64,000 nt of DNA, taken from assembly GCA_963746165.1 (NCBI GenBank), contig CAVVAG010000022.1:38822-102821 (forward strand). The letters run 5' to 3'. Below, one piece after another: positions 38,145-47,856 of the stretch. Each line of letters starts with the position of its first letter. The stretch's first letter is position 1. The position numbers and the translations under genes are program-made. The DNA is from an uncultured Actinomycetes bacterium. GTDB taxonomy: Bacteria; Actinomycetota; Thermoleophilia; Solirubrobacterales; Solirubrobacteraceae. Under the pieces are notes generated by a model. The model was given only the letters and a program-made list of their open reading frames with translations. It was not told the origin of the DNA and did not search any database.

Positions 38145-39043
38145 GCGTCGTCGTCCGCGGCCGCGGGTGGGCGTTCGATCGCCGCCGGCGGGCCGACGGG
38201 CCCTGCGCCCATCGGCGGCCCGGCGCCGTGCGTCGGCGAGACCGGATCGGCGGCGCCGGGGAGGGCCGGGCGCGGCTCGCCGCCGCCGGCAGGGGGGATC
38301 GCGGCCCGCGCCGCCCCCGGGTCGGTGCTCTTGCGCAGGTGCAGCTGCTTGCCGGGCAGCGGTGGCGTGCCGTCGCGGATCTGCTGGACGAGCCGGGGCA
38401 CCTCGTCGAGCTCGATCGGGCCGACGTAGATGCCGTCGACGGAGGCCATCGGGGCGATGTCACAGGCGCCGAGGCACTCGAAGTGGCGCACGTTGAACTC
38501 CGGGTCGCCCTCGACCTCGCGCTCGATGCGCTCCAGCAGCTCGTCGGCGCCGCACAGCGAGCACGAGATGTTCGTGCAGACGTAAACGGCGTGGCGCCCG
38601 ACGGGCCGCGTCTCGAGCATGTCGTAGAACGAGGCGACGGAGATGAGATAGCCGGGGGTCAGGCGCATGACGCACGCGGCCTGCCAGATCGCCTCGGGCG
38701 AGCACCAGCCGTGCACGCGCTGGGCGGCGGCGAGCGCGGGGATCGCGGCGCTGTGAAAGTCCGGGTACTTCGCCATGTGCGCCTCGATCTCGGCGCGCAG
38801 CGGCGCGGGGACCGGCGTCGTCGCCGCGTCCGGGACCTCGGCGGGGTCCTTGGCGAGGTCGACCGCGTCGTCCCAGCCCGGCACGCGCGAGCCGTGGCCG
38901 AAGCGGGTGACGTCGCGCTGGGGCGCGACCGGGGCGGGCTGGCCGCGGCGCTGGACGGCGACCGCCGCCGACCTGCCCCCGACGGCGTCGTCGCCGGCGA
39001 TGGCCTCGGCGACGTCGCGGGTCTTCTTGCGCCGGCCGATCAT
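38141..39043 (-). CDS. nuoE: NADH-quinone oxidoreductase subunit E, with N- and C-terminal low-complexity extensions
   Basis: CTNISCSLCG...ECLGACDIAP 2Fe-2S ligands. ATG at 39043 overlaps the nuoD stop. Confidence 0.9.
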   Translation of the reverse strand: MIGRRKKTRDVAEAIAGDDAVGGRSAAVAVQRRGQPAPVAPQRDVTRFGHGSRVPGWDDAVDLAKDPAEVPDAATTPVPAPLRAEIEAHMAKYPDFHSAAIPALAAAQRVHGWCSPEAIWQAACVMRLTPGYLISVASFYDMLETRPVGRHAVYVCTNISCSLCGADELLERIEREVEGDPEFNVRHFECLGACDIAPMASVDGIYVGPIELDEVPRLVQQIRDGTPPLPGKQLHLRKSTDPGAARAAIPPAGGGEPRPALPGAADPVSPTHGAGPPMGAGPVGPPAAIERPPAAADDDA

Positions 39044-40302
39044 CGATCGATGCCGCCGAGCACCGGGTCGAGCATCGCCAGCGTCGCGATGAGGTCGGCG
39101 ATGTAGGACCCCTCCGTCATCGGGGCGGTGGCCTGGAGGTTGACGAACGAGGGGTCGCGCATGTGCACGCGAGCGGGCTTGGAGGATCCGTCGGAGCGCA
39201 CGAAGCAGCCCAGCTCCCCGCGCGGCGACTCGATCGGGAAGTAGACCTCCCCGGGCGGGACGCGGAAGCCCTCGGTGACGAGCTTGAAGTGGTGGATCAG
39301 CGCCTCCATCGAGGTCGCCAGCTCGTGGCGCGGGGGCAGCGCGACCTTGCGGTCGTCGGTGATCCAGCGGCCCTCGGGCAGGCCGTCCATCGCCTGCTCG
39401 ATGATCTTCACCGACTCGTAGATCTCGGCGACGCGCACCGCGAAGCGATCCCAGTTGTCGCCCTCGGCGCCGACAGGGATCTTGAACTCGAAGTGGTCGT
39501 AGGAGCTGTAGGGCTGGGCCTTGCGCAGGTCCCACGGGTTGCCGGCGGCGCGCAGCAGCGGCCCGGTGACGCCGAGTGAGAGCAGCTCCTCCTCGGCGAG
39601 TGGGCAGATGCCGCGCAGGCGCTGCAGGACGATCTCGTTGTTGGACAGCAGATCCTTGTACTGATCGACGCGCGAGGGCATCTGATCGGTGAACTGCTTG
39701 AGCTTCTCCGCCCAGCCGCGCGGGATGTCGTCGGCGACGCCGCCGACCTGGATGTAGCGCGTGTGCATGCGCTGGCCGGTGGACTGCTCGAAGAGGTCGA
39801 GGATCAGTTCGCGGTCGCGGAAGCAGTACCAGAACATCGACATCGCGCCGAGGTCCAGCGCGCTCGTCCCGAGCCACACGAGGTGGCTCATGATCCGGTT
39901 GAGCTCCATGTGGATGACGCGCAGGTACTGCCCGCGCGGCGGCACGTCGACCTCCAGCAGCGTCTCCGTGGCGCCGCAGAAGGCGTAGGCGTTGAAGAAG
40001 TACGCGAGGTAGTCCATCCGCTCGACGACCGGGATCGCCTTCCAGTAGGACTTGTCCTCGGCGGTCTTCTCGATGCCGGTGTGGACGTAGCCGATGATCG
40101 GCTTGAGGTCGCGCACGACCTCGCCCTCGAGCGTGACGAGCAGGCGCAGCACGCCATGGGTCGCCGGATGGTGCGGACCCATGTTGAGCGTGAGCAGCTC
40201 GTGGTCTGAGTCGTCGGCCCCGAGGCGCTCCAGCGGCGCCATCGTGATCGACTCCTCCATCTGGCGGTACTCCGACGGGGTGCGGGTGACGTCCGTGCTC
40301 AC
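39040..40302 (-). CDS. nuoD: NADH-quinone oxidoreductase subunit D
   Basis: 420 aa. LNMGPHHPATHGVLRL and ESPRGELG. Confidence 0.95.
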   Translation of the reverse strand: MSTDVTRTPSEYRQMEESITMAPLERLGADDSDHELLTLNMGPHHPATHGVLRLLVTLEGEVVRDLKPIIGYVHTGIEKTAEDKSYWKAIPVVERMDYLAYFFNAYAFCGATETLLEVDVPPRGQYLRVIHMELNRIMSHLVWLGTSALDLGAMSMFWYCFRDRELILDLFEQSTGQRMHTRYIQVGGVADDIPRGWAEKLKQFTDQMPSRVDQYKDLLSNNEIVLQRLRGICPLAEEELLSLGVTGPLLRAAGNPWDLRKAQPYSSYDHFEFKIPVGAEGDNWDRFAVRVAEIYESVKIIEQAMDGLPEGRWITDDRKVALPPRHELATSMEALIHHFKLVTEGFRVPPGEVYFPIESPRGELGCFVRSDGSSKPARVHMRDPSFVNLQATAPMTEGSYIADLIATLAMLDPVLGGIDR

Positions 40303-40808
40303 TGCGTGTATGCCGTCCCCTCGTGCTCGTCGACGGTGAACAGGATCGGCTCGCCGCCGATCGGGAAGTCGCGGCGCTGCGGGTGGCCCTCGTAGTCCTC
40401 GGGCATGAGGATGCGGCGCATGTCGGGATGGCCGGTGAAGTTCACGCCGAACATGTCGTAGACCTCGCGCTCCTGGTGGTTCGCGGTGGGCCAGTTGGGC
40501 GTGACGGAGGGGACGTTCGGGCTGTCGAGCGGGACGCGCAGCTTGACCGTGAGGCGGTCGACGGAGTCCATGTCGAGCAGCTCGTAGTGGACGCCGAGGC
40601 GCGGCTCCTCGGGGTAGTAGTCGACGCCGTGCACCGAGACGAGCATCCCGAAGCCCTTCGCGCGCAGGTGCTCGAGGATCGCGACGATCATCGCCGAGTT
40701 GACGACGAGCTGGCCCTTGCCGCGAAAGAAGACGGTGTCGACGACCGAGGCGGGATCGGCCTCGCGCAGGTCCTGGGCGAGCAGCTCCAGGCCGACGACG
40801 TCAGGCAC
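40299..40808 (-). CDS. nuoC: NADH-quinone oxidoreductase subunit C
   Basis: 169 aa. [24 protein letters not shown]. Confidence 0.93.
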   Translation of the reverse strand: MPDVVGLELLAQDLREADPASVVDTVFFRGKGQLVVNSAMIVAILEHLRAKGFGMLVSVHGVDYYPEEPRLGVHYELLDMDSVDRLTVKLRVPLDSPNVPSVTPNWPTANHQEREVYDMFGVNFTGHPDMRRILMPEDYEGHPQRRDFPIGGEPILFTVDEHEGTAYTQ

Positions 40809-41496
40809 CCGCGCCGCCCCCCGGCGACTGGCGGAACACGTTGATGGCGGTCTCCTGATCCTCGCTCGGGATGACCTCCTCGGTTCCGTAGGCCTGATGA
40901 CCCTGGCGCCAGCTCATGTCGGGGTCCTCCTGGATCATCTTGCGCAGCTTGAGGATGCCGTGCATGAGCGCCTCCGGGCGCGGCGGGCAGCCCGGCACGT
41001 GGACGTCGACGGGCATGAACTTGTCGGCGGGCACGATCGCGTAGTTGTTGAAGACGCCCATCGAGCTCGAGCAGGCGCCCATCGCGATCGCCCACTTGGG
41101 CTCGAGCATCTGGTCGTAGATGCGCCGAACGACCGGCGCCATCTTGATCGAGACGCGGCCCGAGAGGATGAGCAGGTCGGCCTGGCGTGGCGAGGCGCGG
41201 AAGGCCTCGAAGCCGAAGCGCGCGACGTCGACGCGGGCGGCGACGATCGACATCATCTCGATCGCGCAGCAGGCGAGGCCGAACGTCGCCGGAAAGAGGG
41301 CGTTGGAGCGCGCCCAGGCGACCGCCTTGTCGAGCGTCGTCGTGAGCACCCGGTCCTCGACGTACTTCTCGAGGTCCTCGTCGCCGAGGTCGCCGCGCAG
41401 CATGTCGCGGGCGCGCAGCTGGCGGATGCGGAAGTCCTCCTTGGACAGGTCGGTCCCCGCAGCGGCGATGGCGAGCTTCTCGCGCTTCACCTCCAT
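40801..41496 (-). CDS. nuoB: NADH-quinone oxidoreductase subunit B
   Basis: [33 protein letters not shown] at 41496 overlaps the nuoA end by 10 nt. Confidence 0.92.
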   Translation of the reverse strand: MEVKREKLAIAAAGTDLSKEDFRIRQLRARDMLRGDLGDEDLEKYVEDRVLTTTLDKAVAWARSNALFPATFGLACCAIEMMSIVAARVDVARFGFEAFRASPRQADLLILSGRVSIKMAPVVRRIYDQMLEPKWAIAMGACSSSMGVFNNYAIVPADKFMPVDVHVPGCPPRPEALMHGILKLRKMIQEDPDMSWRQGHQAYGTEEVIPSEDQETAINVFRQSPGGGAGA

Positions 41497-41843
41497 TCGA
41501 GGGCGCCCCTTCTCCAGACGTAGACGAACGCGGCCATGAGCAGCGCGATGAAGACGATGATCTCGATCAGCGCGAACGTCCCGAAGGCCTTGAGCTGGAT
41601 CGCGACCGGATAGAGGAAGATGACCTCGATGTCGAACAGGATGAACAGCATCGCGATGAGGTAGAAGCTGATGCCGAAGCGGAAGCCCTGCTGGATCTCG
41701 GAGGGCAGGCCGCACTCGTACGGGTCGCTCTTGTGCGGGACCGCGCGCCGCGGGCCGAACAGCGTGTTGAGCAGCGCGAACGTGATGCCCACGACCGTTC
41801 CCAGGCCGACGAAGACGATCGCCGGTAGATAGCTGTTGAGCAC
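41487..41843 (-). CDS. nuoA: NADH-quinone oxidoreductase subunit A
   Basis: 118 aa. YECG...[28 protein letters not shown] Shine-Dalgarno sequence before the GTG. Confidence 0.93.
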   Translation of the reverse strand: MLNSYLPAIVFVGLGTVVGITFALLNTLFGPRRAVPHKSDPYECGLPSEIQQGFRFGISFYLIAMLFILFDIEVIFLYPVAIQLKAFGTFALIEIIVFIALLMAAFVYVWRRGALEWR

Positions 41844-41887
41844 GGCTTCCTTTCTATCAGCTATGCCCCGATTTCCTCGGATACCCC

Positions 41888-42337
41888 ATGGATGAGCGGG
41901 CGATCGCGGAGATCGCCGCCTGGGCCGTCCTCGCGGTCAACGCGATCGCGGGCGCGCTCGCCGGCTGGCGCTGGTGGCGCGTCGAGCCGAGCGACGCGAT
42001 CTGGCCGCTGCTGCGGGCCGGGCAGTACCTCGCGTTCGCCCAGGCGGCCGTCGCCGGCGTCCTGTACGCCGCCGGCTACGACCCGCACGACGAGCTGTAC
42101 TGGCTCTACGCGCTGCTGCCGGTGGCGATCGGGCTGATCGCCGAGCAGCTGCGCATCGCGTCGGCCGAGCAGGTGCTCGAGAACCGCGAGCTGCCCGACG
42201 CGCAGGCGGTGGGAGCGCTGCCGGAGGCCGAGCAGCGCTCTGTCGTCCTGTCGATCGTGCGCCGCGAGATCGGGATCATGGCGCTCGCGGCGCTCGTCGT
42301 GGCGTTCCTGGCGCTGCGCGCCGCGCTGATCGTCTGA
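41888..42337 (+). CDS. small membrane protein (function unknown), divergent from nuoA
   Basis: 4 predicted hydrophobic helices with coding-like composition. Confidence 0.6.
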   Translation: MDERAIAEIAAWAVLAVNAIAGALAGWRWWRVEPSDAIWPLLRAGQYLAFAQAAVAGVLYAAGYDPHDELYWLYALLPVAIGLIAEQLRIASAEQVLENRELPDAQAVGALPEAEQRSVVLSIVRREIGIMALAALVVAFLALRAALIV

Positions 42338-42368
42338 GTCGCTCGGCCGCGCCGGGCCGGCCGGACCT

Positions 42369-43046
42369 TCAGCGGCGGAGGATCGTGAACGAGTCCTTCC
42401 ATCCCGGACGGGTGCTCGGCGAGAACGTCTTGGACTGGTCGGTGTAGCGCGTCCACTGCCCGTAGCGAGCCTTCGTCGGCAGCGCGCGCATGCGCTGGGA
42501 GGCGATCCCGCAGGGGCCCTTGGCGACGCCGAGCGACACCGTGCGCCGCGTGACCCCGCCGAAGCGGAAGTGGATGTAGACCCGCTTGCCCGTGACGAAC
42601 CCCCGTGCGGTGTACCTGACCTTCGAGGTGGGGCGCCTGGGCGTGGGGTTCGTCGTCAGCCCGAAGCGGACGACCTGAAACGGCGTCGTCGCGAGCAGCG
42701 GCGCCGCCGGGTTCGTGTTGTCGGCGGCGACGAGCGAGAAGCTCTCGAGGTTGCGGCTCGGTGAGCTGAACGGCGGCGGCAGCACCGTCTGCAGGAAGAC
42801 GCCGTTGGCCTGCGCCCTGCCGGAGGCGAACGGGGCCAGCGCCGGCCTGGCCTTCGACAGCGCCGCGAGCGTCACGGTCCCGTTGGGCGTGAAGTCCGCG
42901 CCGATGATCGTCATCGTCGGCTGCCCGGCGACGTAGCGCACGCACGCGTCCGTCTTGACCGCGGCGGCTCCCGCGCTGGACGCCGCGGCCGCGGCCGCCG
43001 CCACGCCGAGGGGGAGAACGGCGAGGGCACGGCGCGAAACGGTCAT
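42369..43046 (-). CDS. secreted hypothetical protein
   Basis: Signal peptide MTVSRRALAVLPLGVAAAAAAASSAGAA, then beta-rich sequence. Confidence 0.65.
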   Translation of the reverse strand: MTVSRRALAVLPLGVAAAAAAASSAGAAAVKTDACVRYVAGQPTMTIIGADFTPNGTVTLAALSKARPALAPFASGRAQANGVFLQTVLPPPFSSPSRNLESFSLVAADNTNPAAPLLATTPFQVVRFGLTTNPTPRRPTSKVRYTARGFVTGKRVYIHFRFGGVTRRTVSLGVAKGPCGIASQRMRALPTKARYGQWTRYTDQSKTFSPSTRPGWKDSFTILRR

Positions 43047-43176
43047 GGGGCCTCCGATGGATGGATGCAGAAGCTTCTCCCCGGCAACGCGCCGATGCTA
43101 ATCGCCCGGGCCGGCACCGACGGCCGGGCGCGAAGCGGCTGCTCCGCGCCCGGCCGGGGACGCCGGCCGGTGTGCG

Positions 43177-43719
43177 TCAGGCCCGCGGGGACGGCGCCGG
43201 CGAGGTCGCGAACGTCATGCCGAGGCTCGCCGACACCTGGGCCGGGACGCGGCAGCTGCGAATCGTGCGCCAGGCCACGCGCTTGCGCTTGCCGTCCGCG
43301 GTCCTGCGGTAGACCGGGCGACGGATGTTCCCGCAGAACCTGCCGGGCCCGAACGTGCCCTCCTGGCCGTAGAAGGGGCCGAAGAAGACCGGCGAGGCGC
43401 CGCTCCCCTCGCTGACCGACACGAGCTGGCCGAGCACCATGCCCGACAGCGCCGCGAGATTCGCCGCCCGTGCGCGGCCGTCGGCGATCGCCAGCGGCGT
43501 GGCGGCCGCCTTGGCGTCGCGAACGGCCTTCGCGATGGACGCGTTGCTCTTGCGGTTCAGCGGCGTCGGCTTGACGATGCCGGTGCCGGTCACCGTGACG
43601 CTCGTGAGCGGTGGCGGCACCGGGGTCTGCGCCTGCAGCGCGCCGGGGGCTGCTGCCGCGCACGCCAGCGATGCGATCACGACCGCGCCGGCGGCGCGGG
43701 ACCTGCGGACATGGGTCAT
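43177..43719 (-). CDS. secreted protein, weakly SIMPL/DUF541-like
   Basis: GGGAGAG Shine-Dalgarno sequence before the ATG at 43719. Signal peptide, then VTVTGTGIVKPTP.... Confidence 0.55.
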   Translation of the reverse strand: MTHVRRSRAAGAVVIASLACAAAAPGALQAQTPVPPPLTSVTVTGTGIVKPTPLNRKSNASIAKAVRDAKAAATPLAIADGRARAANLAALSGMVLGQLVSVSEGSGASPVFFGPFYGQEGTFGPGRFCGNIRRPVYRRTADGKRKRVAWRTIRSCRVPAQVSASLGMTFATSPAPSPRA

Positions 43720-43760
43720 GACTCTCCCTGCGGTGGGGTGGTTGTGCGCCGTGCGCGGGC

Positions 43761-44630
43761 TCAGGACGTCGAGCCCGCAGCGTCCCCGGACCGTGAGAGC
43801 AGCGTTTCGCTGGCGTCCCACAGCCGCCGCTGGGCGTCGCGATCGTACGAGATCCGCGAGGATCGGCGCGCCGTACGGCGGACGAAGTAGCGACCGCTGA
43901 CGTCCTGCACCGCATCCGCTGAGGCCAGCCAGACCTGCGTGCGCGCTCCGCGCCGCGGGGTCGTGGCCAGCGGCGGCAGCTGCGACAGCGTCATGAAGGC
44001 GCGCGCCGCCCGGCCGTTGTTGTGGCCGAAGCCCGTGCGCACGAGGCCGGGGTGCAGCGTGTTCGCCGTCACACCGGTGCCCGCCAGCCGGCGGGCGAGC
44101 TCGTACGTGAACAGGACGTTGGCGAGCTTGGACCGGCAGTAGACGTAGAAGCCGTCGTACAGGCGCTCGCTCTGCAGGTCCGCGAAGTCCAGCTGCGCGC
44201 CGCGGTGGGCGAGCGAGGACACGGTGATCACGCGCGCGGGCGCCGACGCCGCCAGCCGCTCGCGCAGGGCCAGCGTCAGCGCGAAGGCGCTGAGGTGGTT
44301 GACCTGGAAGGTCTCCTCGAGGCCGTCGACCGTGATCCGGCGCTGGAAGAGCATCAGCCCGGCGTTGTTGACGAGCACGTGCAGCGCGTCGAAGCGCTCC
44401 AGCAGATCGGCGGCGGCGCCGCGGACCGAGTCGAGGTTCGCGTGGTCGCAGGCCACGACGTGCAGGTCGTGGTTGCCGGTGGCGGAGGCGATCTGCGCGC
44501 GGGCCTGCTCCCCGCGCTCTGCGCTGCGACACAGCAGCGCGACGGTCGCGCCCTTGCGCGCGAGCGCGAGCGCGGTCTCGTAGCCGAGGCCCGAGCTGGC
44601 GCCGGTGATCGCGCAGACGCGGCCGGTCAT
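43761..44630 (-). CDS. short-chain dehydrogenase/reductase (SDR)
   Basis: ITGASSGLG, NNAG and YCRSKLAN. ATG at 44630. Confidence 0.85.
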   Translation of the reverse strand: MTGRVCAITGASSGLGYETALALARKGATVALLCRSAERGEQARAQIASATGNHDLHVVACDHANLDSVRGAAADLLERFDALHVLVNNAGLMLFQRRITVDGLEETFQVNHLSAFALTLALRERLAASAPARVITVSSLAHRGAQLDFADLQSERLYDGFYVYCRSKLANVLFTYELARRLAGTGVTANTLHPGLVRTGFGHNNGRAARAFMTLSQLPPLATTPRRGARTQVWLASADAVQDVSGRYFVRRTARRSSRISYDRDAQRRLWDASETLLSRSGDAAGSTS

Positions 44631-44659
44631 CGGCCCGCCGGCCGTCGCCGCGTGGCGCA

Positions 44660-45151
44660 CTAGTGCGCGATCGTCGTGTAGCGCCCGTCGAAGAACACGA
44701 GCGGATCGCCCGGCGCCCCGGCGCCGGTGCCGAGCACCGCGCCGATGCCGATCTCGTGGTCGCCGGCGCGCCGCAGATCGCGCAGATCGCACGCGACCCA
44801 GGCCAGCGCGCGGTCGAGCACCGGCACGCCGTGCTCCTCTGTGTGCGTGACGGCCTCGAACTTCTCGTGGCCGACGCGCTTGGAGGCGAACACCGCCGCG
44901 AGGTCCTCGTCCTCGGCGCGCAGGATGTTGACCGCGAAGCGCCGCGAGGCGCGCACGACCTCCAGCGTGCGCGAGCGCACCTCGAAGCAGACGAGCAGCA
45001 GGAGCGGATCGAGCGACAGCGACGTGACGGCGTTCGTCGTCAGGCCGGCCGGCCCGTCGGCACCGGTCGCCGTCACGACCGTGACGCCCGTGGCGAAGCG
45101 GCCGAACGTGTCGCGGTAGGCGCGGGCGGGGTCGGCCGGCGGTGTGGTCAC
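44660..45151 (-). CDS. flavin reductase-like (FMN-binding split-barrel) protein
   Basis: FRDTFGRFATGVTVVT...GLTTNAVTSLSLDPLLLLVC. Confidence 0.8.
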   Translation of the reverse strand: MTTPPADPARAYRDTFGRFATGVTVVTATGADGPAGLTTNAVTSLSLDPLLLLVCFEVRSRTLEVVRASRRFAVNILRAEDEDLAAVFASKRVGHEKFEAVTHTEEHGVPVLDRALAWVACDLRDLRRAGDHEIGIGAVLGTGAGAPGDPLVFFDGRYTTIAH

Positions 45152-45257
45152 CCGGCGCCGGCCCCGGTTGCCGCCGTGAAGATGGTTCGCGCGTCGTCGG
45201 TGCGACCATCTGCTCGGGCCGGCGCCGGGCTCGCCGCCGACTTCGCCGCCCGCAGGC

Positions 45258-45665
45258 TCATCCCTGCACCTCGAGCGTCCCGTACTGGCCGAGGTCGTCG
45301 TGGTTGGCGATCGTGCAGACGAGCCGGTACTCGCCCGGCTCGAGCATCATCTTGATCGGCTGGGCGCGCTCGCCGGGCTGCATCGTCTCCGTGCGCTCGA
45401 GCTCCACCGGCTTGCCGTCGGGGCCCTCCGGGATCTGGATCGCGAGGTTGTGCGTGAGCCGGCCGCCGTTGCGCACGTCGAACTTCATGCGTTTCGGGCT
45501 CGTCACGACGATGCTCTGCGGGACGACGCGGTACTCGTCGAGCGTGATGCGCAGGATCGGGCGGTCGGTGCGGAACTCGTCGTCGTCGCCGCAGCCGCCC
45601 AGCACCAGGGCGAGGGCGGCGAGGACGGCTGTCAGGAGGATCGAGCGCGACATCGCCGGACGCAT
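45258..45665 (-). CDS. cupredoxin-fold lipoprotein (type-1 copper-like site with Gln in the axial position)
   Basis: Lipobox LVLGGC. Ligand pattern THN ... C-x4-H-x4-Q (YRLVCTIANHDDLGQYGTLEV). An alternative ATG lies at 45653. Confidence 0.65.
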   Translation of the reverse strand: MRPAMSRSILLTAVLAALALVLGGCGDDDEFRTDRPILRITLDEYRVVPQSIVVTSPKRMKFDVRNGGRLTHNLAIQIPEGPDGKPVELERTETMQPGERAQPIKMMLEPGEYRLVCTIANHDDLGQYGTLEVQG

Positions 45666-45689
45666 TGTTCCGTATGATCTGCGCCGCCC

Positions 45690-46115
45690 ATGGCCCCCCG
45701 TGCACTGATCGCCGCCTGCCTCGCTGCCGCGGCGACCCTGACCACCGGTTGCGGCTCCCAGGCCATCGATCTGTCCAAGGACGATCCGGACCACACCGGG
45801 GCGAAGATCTTCGTCGAGCGCTGCGCGGGATGTCACACCCTCAGCAAGGCCGGGACGCAGGGCTCCACCTTCGACGTGACCGACCGCGAGAGCGTCGACG
45901 GGCCCAACTTCGACGACCGCAAGGAGACCGTCGAGGACGTCGTCTTCGCGATCCAGAACGGCGGCTTCTCTGGCGCGATCATGCCCGAGAACATCGTCAC
46001 CGGGCAGGAGGCGCGGGAGGTCGCGGAGTTCCTCGCGAAGTACGCCGGGAAGGGCGGCTCGGGCGACGACACCGACAAGCTCGGCGCTCCCGGCCCGGAG
46101 TCCGTCGGCGGGTAA
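45690..46115 (+). CDS. c-type cytochrome lipoprotein
   Basis: Lipobox LTTGC, heme motif CAGCH, and a distal GAIMPEN Met. Confidence 0.8.
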   Translation: MAPRALIAACLAAAATLTTGCGSQAIDLSKDDPDHTGAKIFVERCAGCHTLSKAGTQGSTFDVTDRESVDGPNFDDRKETVEDVVFAIQNGGFSGAIMPENIVTGQEAREVAEFLAKYAGKGGSGDDTDKLGAPGPESVGG

Positions 46116-46124
46116 CCGCCCGTC

Positions 46125-47378
46125 GTGCTGGACCTGAGGCTGATCCGCCGCGACCCGGAGGCGGTTCGCAGCGCGCTGGCGCGCCGCGGGCCCCAGGCCG
46201 CCGAGCGCCTCGACCGGGTGATCGAGCTCGACGCGCGCTGGCGCGAGGCGACGCAGGCCGCCGAGGCGCTGCGCGCCGAGCAGAAGGCCGCCTCCGAGGA
46301 GGTCGCGGCGGGCAAGCGCGCGGGGCGCGACGTCAGCGGCACGCTCGAGCACCTCAAGGTGCTGTCCGCCGAGGTCAAGGCGCGCGGCGAGCAGGCGCGC
46401 GAGGCCGAGGCCGAGCTGCAGGCGGTCCTGCGCACGCTGCCCAACCTGCCCGACCCGACCGCGGCAGAGCCCGACGACGAGGTGCTGCGCGTCGTCGGCG
46501 AGGACCGCAGGCGCCTCGACGGCCGCGACCACCTCGAGCTCGCCGGCGAGCGCATCGACATGGAGCGCGGTGCCCGGCTGTCGGGCGCGCGCTTCCCGAT
46601 CCTGCGCGGCGATCTCGTGATGCTCGAGCTGGCGCTCGTGCAGTGGGTCATGACGAAGCTGGCCGGCAAGGGCTTCGAGCCGGTCATCCCGCCGGTGCTC
46701 GTGCGCGAGCACGCGCTCTACGGCACGGGAATGCTGCCCGACACCGAGCAGCAGATCTACCACGTGGCCGAAGACGACCTGTACCTCGTCGGCACGAGCG
46801 AGGTGGCGCTGGCGTCGCTGCACGCGGGCGAGATCCTCGACGCGGCCGACCTGCCGTTGCGCTACGCGGGCTTCTCGCCGTGCTTCCGGCGCGAGGCGGG
46901 CGCCGCCGGCAAGGACACCCGCGGGATCTTCCGCGTGCACCAGTTCGACAAGGTCGAGATGTTCTCGTTCGTCGAGCCGGACGCCGGCGCCGCCGAGCAC
47001 GAGCGGCTGCTCGCGATCGAGGAGGAGATCTTCTCCGAGCTCGAGGTCCCCTACCGCGTCGTCAACATCGCCGTGGACGATCTCGGGGCCAGCGCCGCGA
47101 AGAAGTACGACATCGAGGCGTGGCTGCCCGGCCAGGGGCGCTACCGCGAGGTCACCTCGACGTCGAACACCACCGACTTCCAAGCGCGCCGGCTGGAGAT
47201 CCGCATGCGGCGCGAGAACGACCGGCCCGAGGTGCTCCACACGCTCAACGGGACGGCGATCGCCGTGAGCCGCACGCTCATCGCGCTGCTCGAGAACGGC
47301 CAGCGCGACGACCGCTCGATCGGGCTGCCCGCCGTGCTCGCCCCGTTCGGCGCGCCGGCCGAGCTGCCCGCGGCCTGA
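46125..47378 (+). CDS. serS: serine--tRNA ligase
   Basis: 417 aa. N-terminal coiled coil (MLDLRLIRRDPE...), class II motifs FRREAG...GIFRVHQFDKVE and NGTAIAVSRTLIALLEN. Confidence 0.95.
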   Translation: MLDLRLIRRDPEAVRSALARRGPQAAERLDRVIELDARWREATQAAEALRAEQKAASEEVAAGKRAGRDVSGTLEHLKVLSAEVKARGEQAREAEAELQAVLRTLPNLPDPTAAEPDDEVLRVVGEDRRRLDGRDHLELAGERIDMERGARLSGARFPILRGDLVMLELALVQWVMTKLAGKGFEPVIPPVLVREHALYGTGMLPDTEQQIYHVAEDDLYLVGTSEVALASLHAGEILDAADLPLRYAGFSPCFRREAGAAGKDTRGIFRVHQFDKVEMFSFVEPDAGAAEHERLLAIEEEIFSELEVPYRVVNIAVDDLGASAAKKYDIEAWLPGQGRYREVTSTSNTTDFQARRLEIRMRRENDRPEVLHTLNGTAIAVSRTLIALLENGQRDDRSIGLPAVLAPFGAPAELPAA

Positions 47379-47381
47379 CCG

Positions 47382-47753
47382 CTACCGCGCCCCCGCCGTG
47401 ACGTGGGCGATCGCTTCCGCGCGGTCTGCGCAGATGTCGAACGTGCTGTCGAGCTTCGTGATCTGAAAGAGCCGCAGCACGGTCGGGTTCGTGCAGACGA
47501 GCGCCATGTGGCCGCGCCGCTGGCCGACGAGCCGCAGGCCGTTGAGCAGCACGCTCAGCCCCGTCGAGTCGATGAACTCGACCCCGGTCATGTCGAGGAC
47601 GACGGCCGTCTTGCCGCTCTCGATCGCGCCGGTCAGGCGCTCGGCGAAGCGCGGCGCGGTCGTGACGTGGATCTCGCCGCGGACGCAGATGATGTGCGCG
47701 CCGCCGTCGGAGCTCTCCTCGGAGAGCTCGAAGTGGGGGACCACCGGAGACAC
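47382..47753 (-). CDS. STAS-domain anti-sigma-factor antagonist
   Basis: VVLDMTGVEFIDSTGLSVLLNGL. Confidence 0.8.
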   Translation of the reverse strand: MSPVVPHFELSEESSDGGAHIICVRGEIHVTTAPRFAERLTGAIESGKTAVVLDMTGVEFIDSTGLSVLLNGLRLVGQRRGHMALVCTNPTVLRLFQITKLDSTFDICADRAEAIAHVTAGAR

Positions 47754-47856
47754 CCGAGCACTATGTCACTGCAGGCTGGTTCGTGCGCAGGCCCGTCCGC
47801 GGTGCGGATGCCGGCGGCGCGCCGCGATTGGACGGCCGACCGCGCGGGCCCCTATC

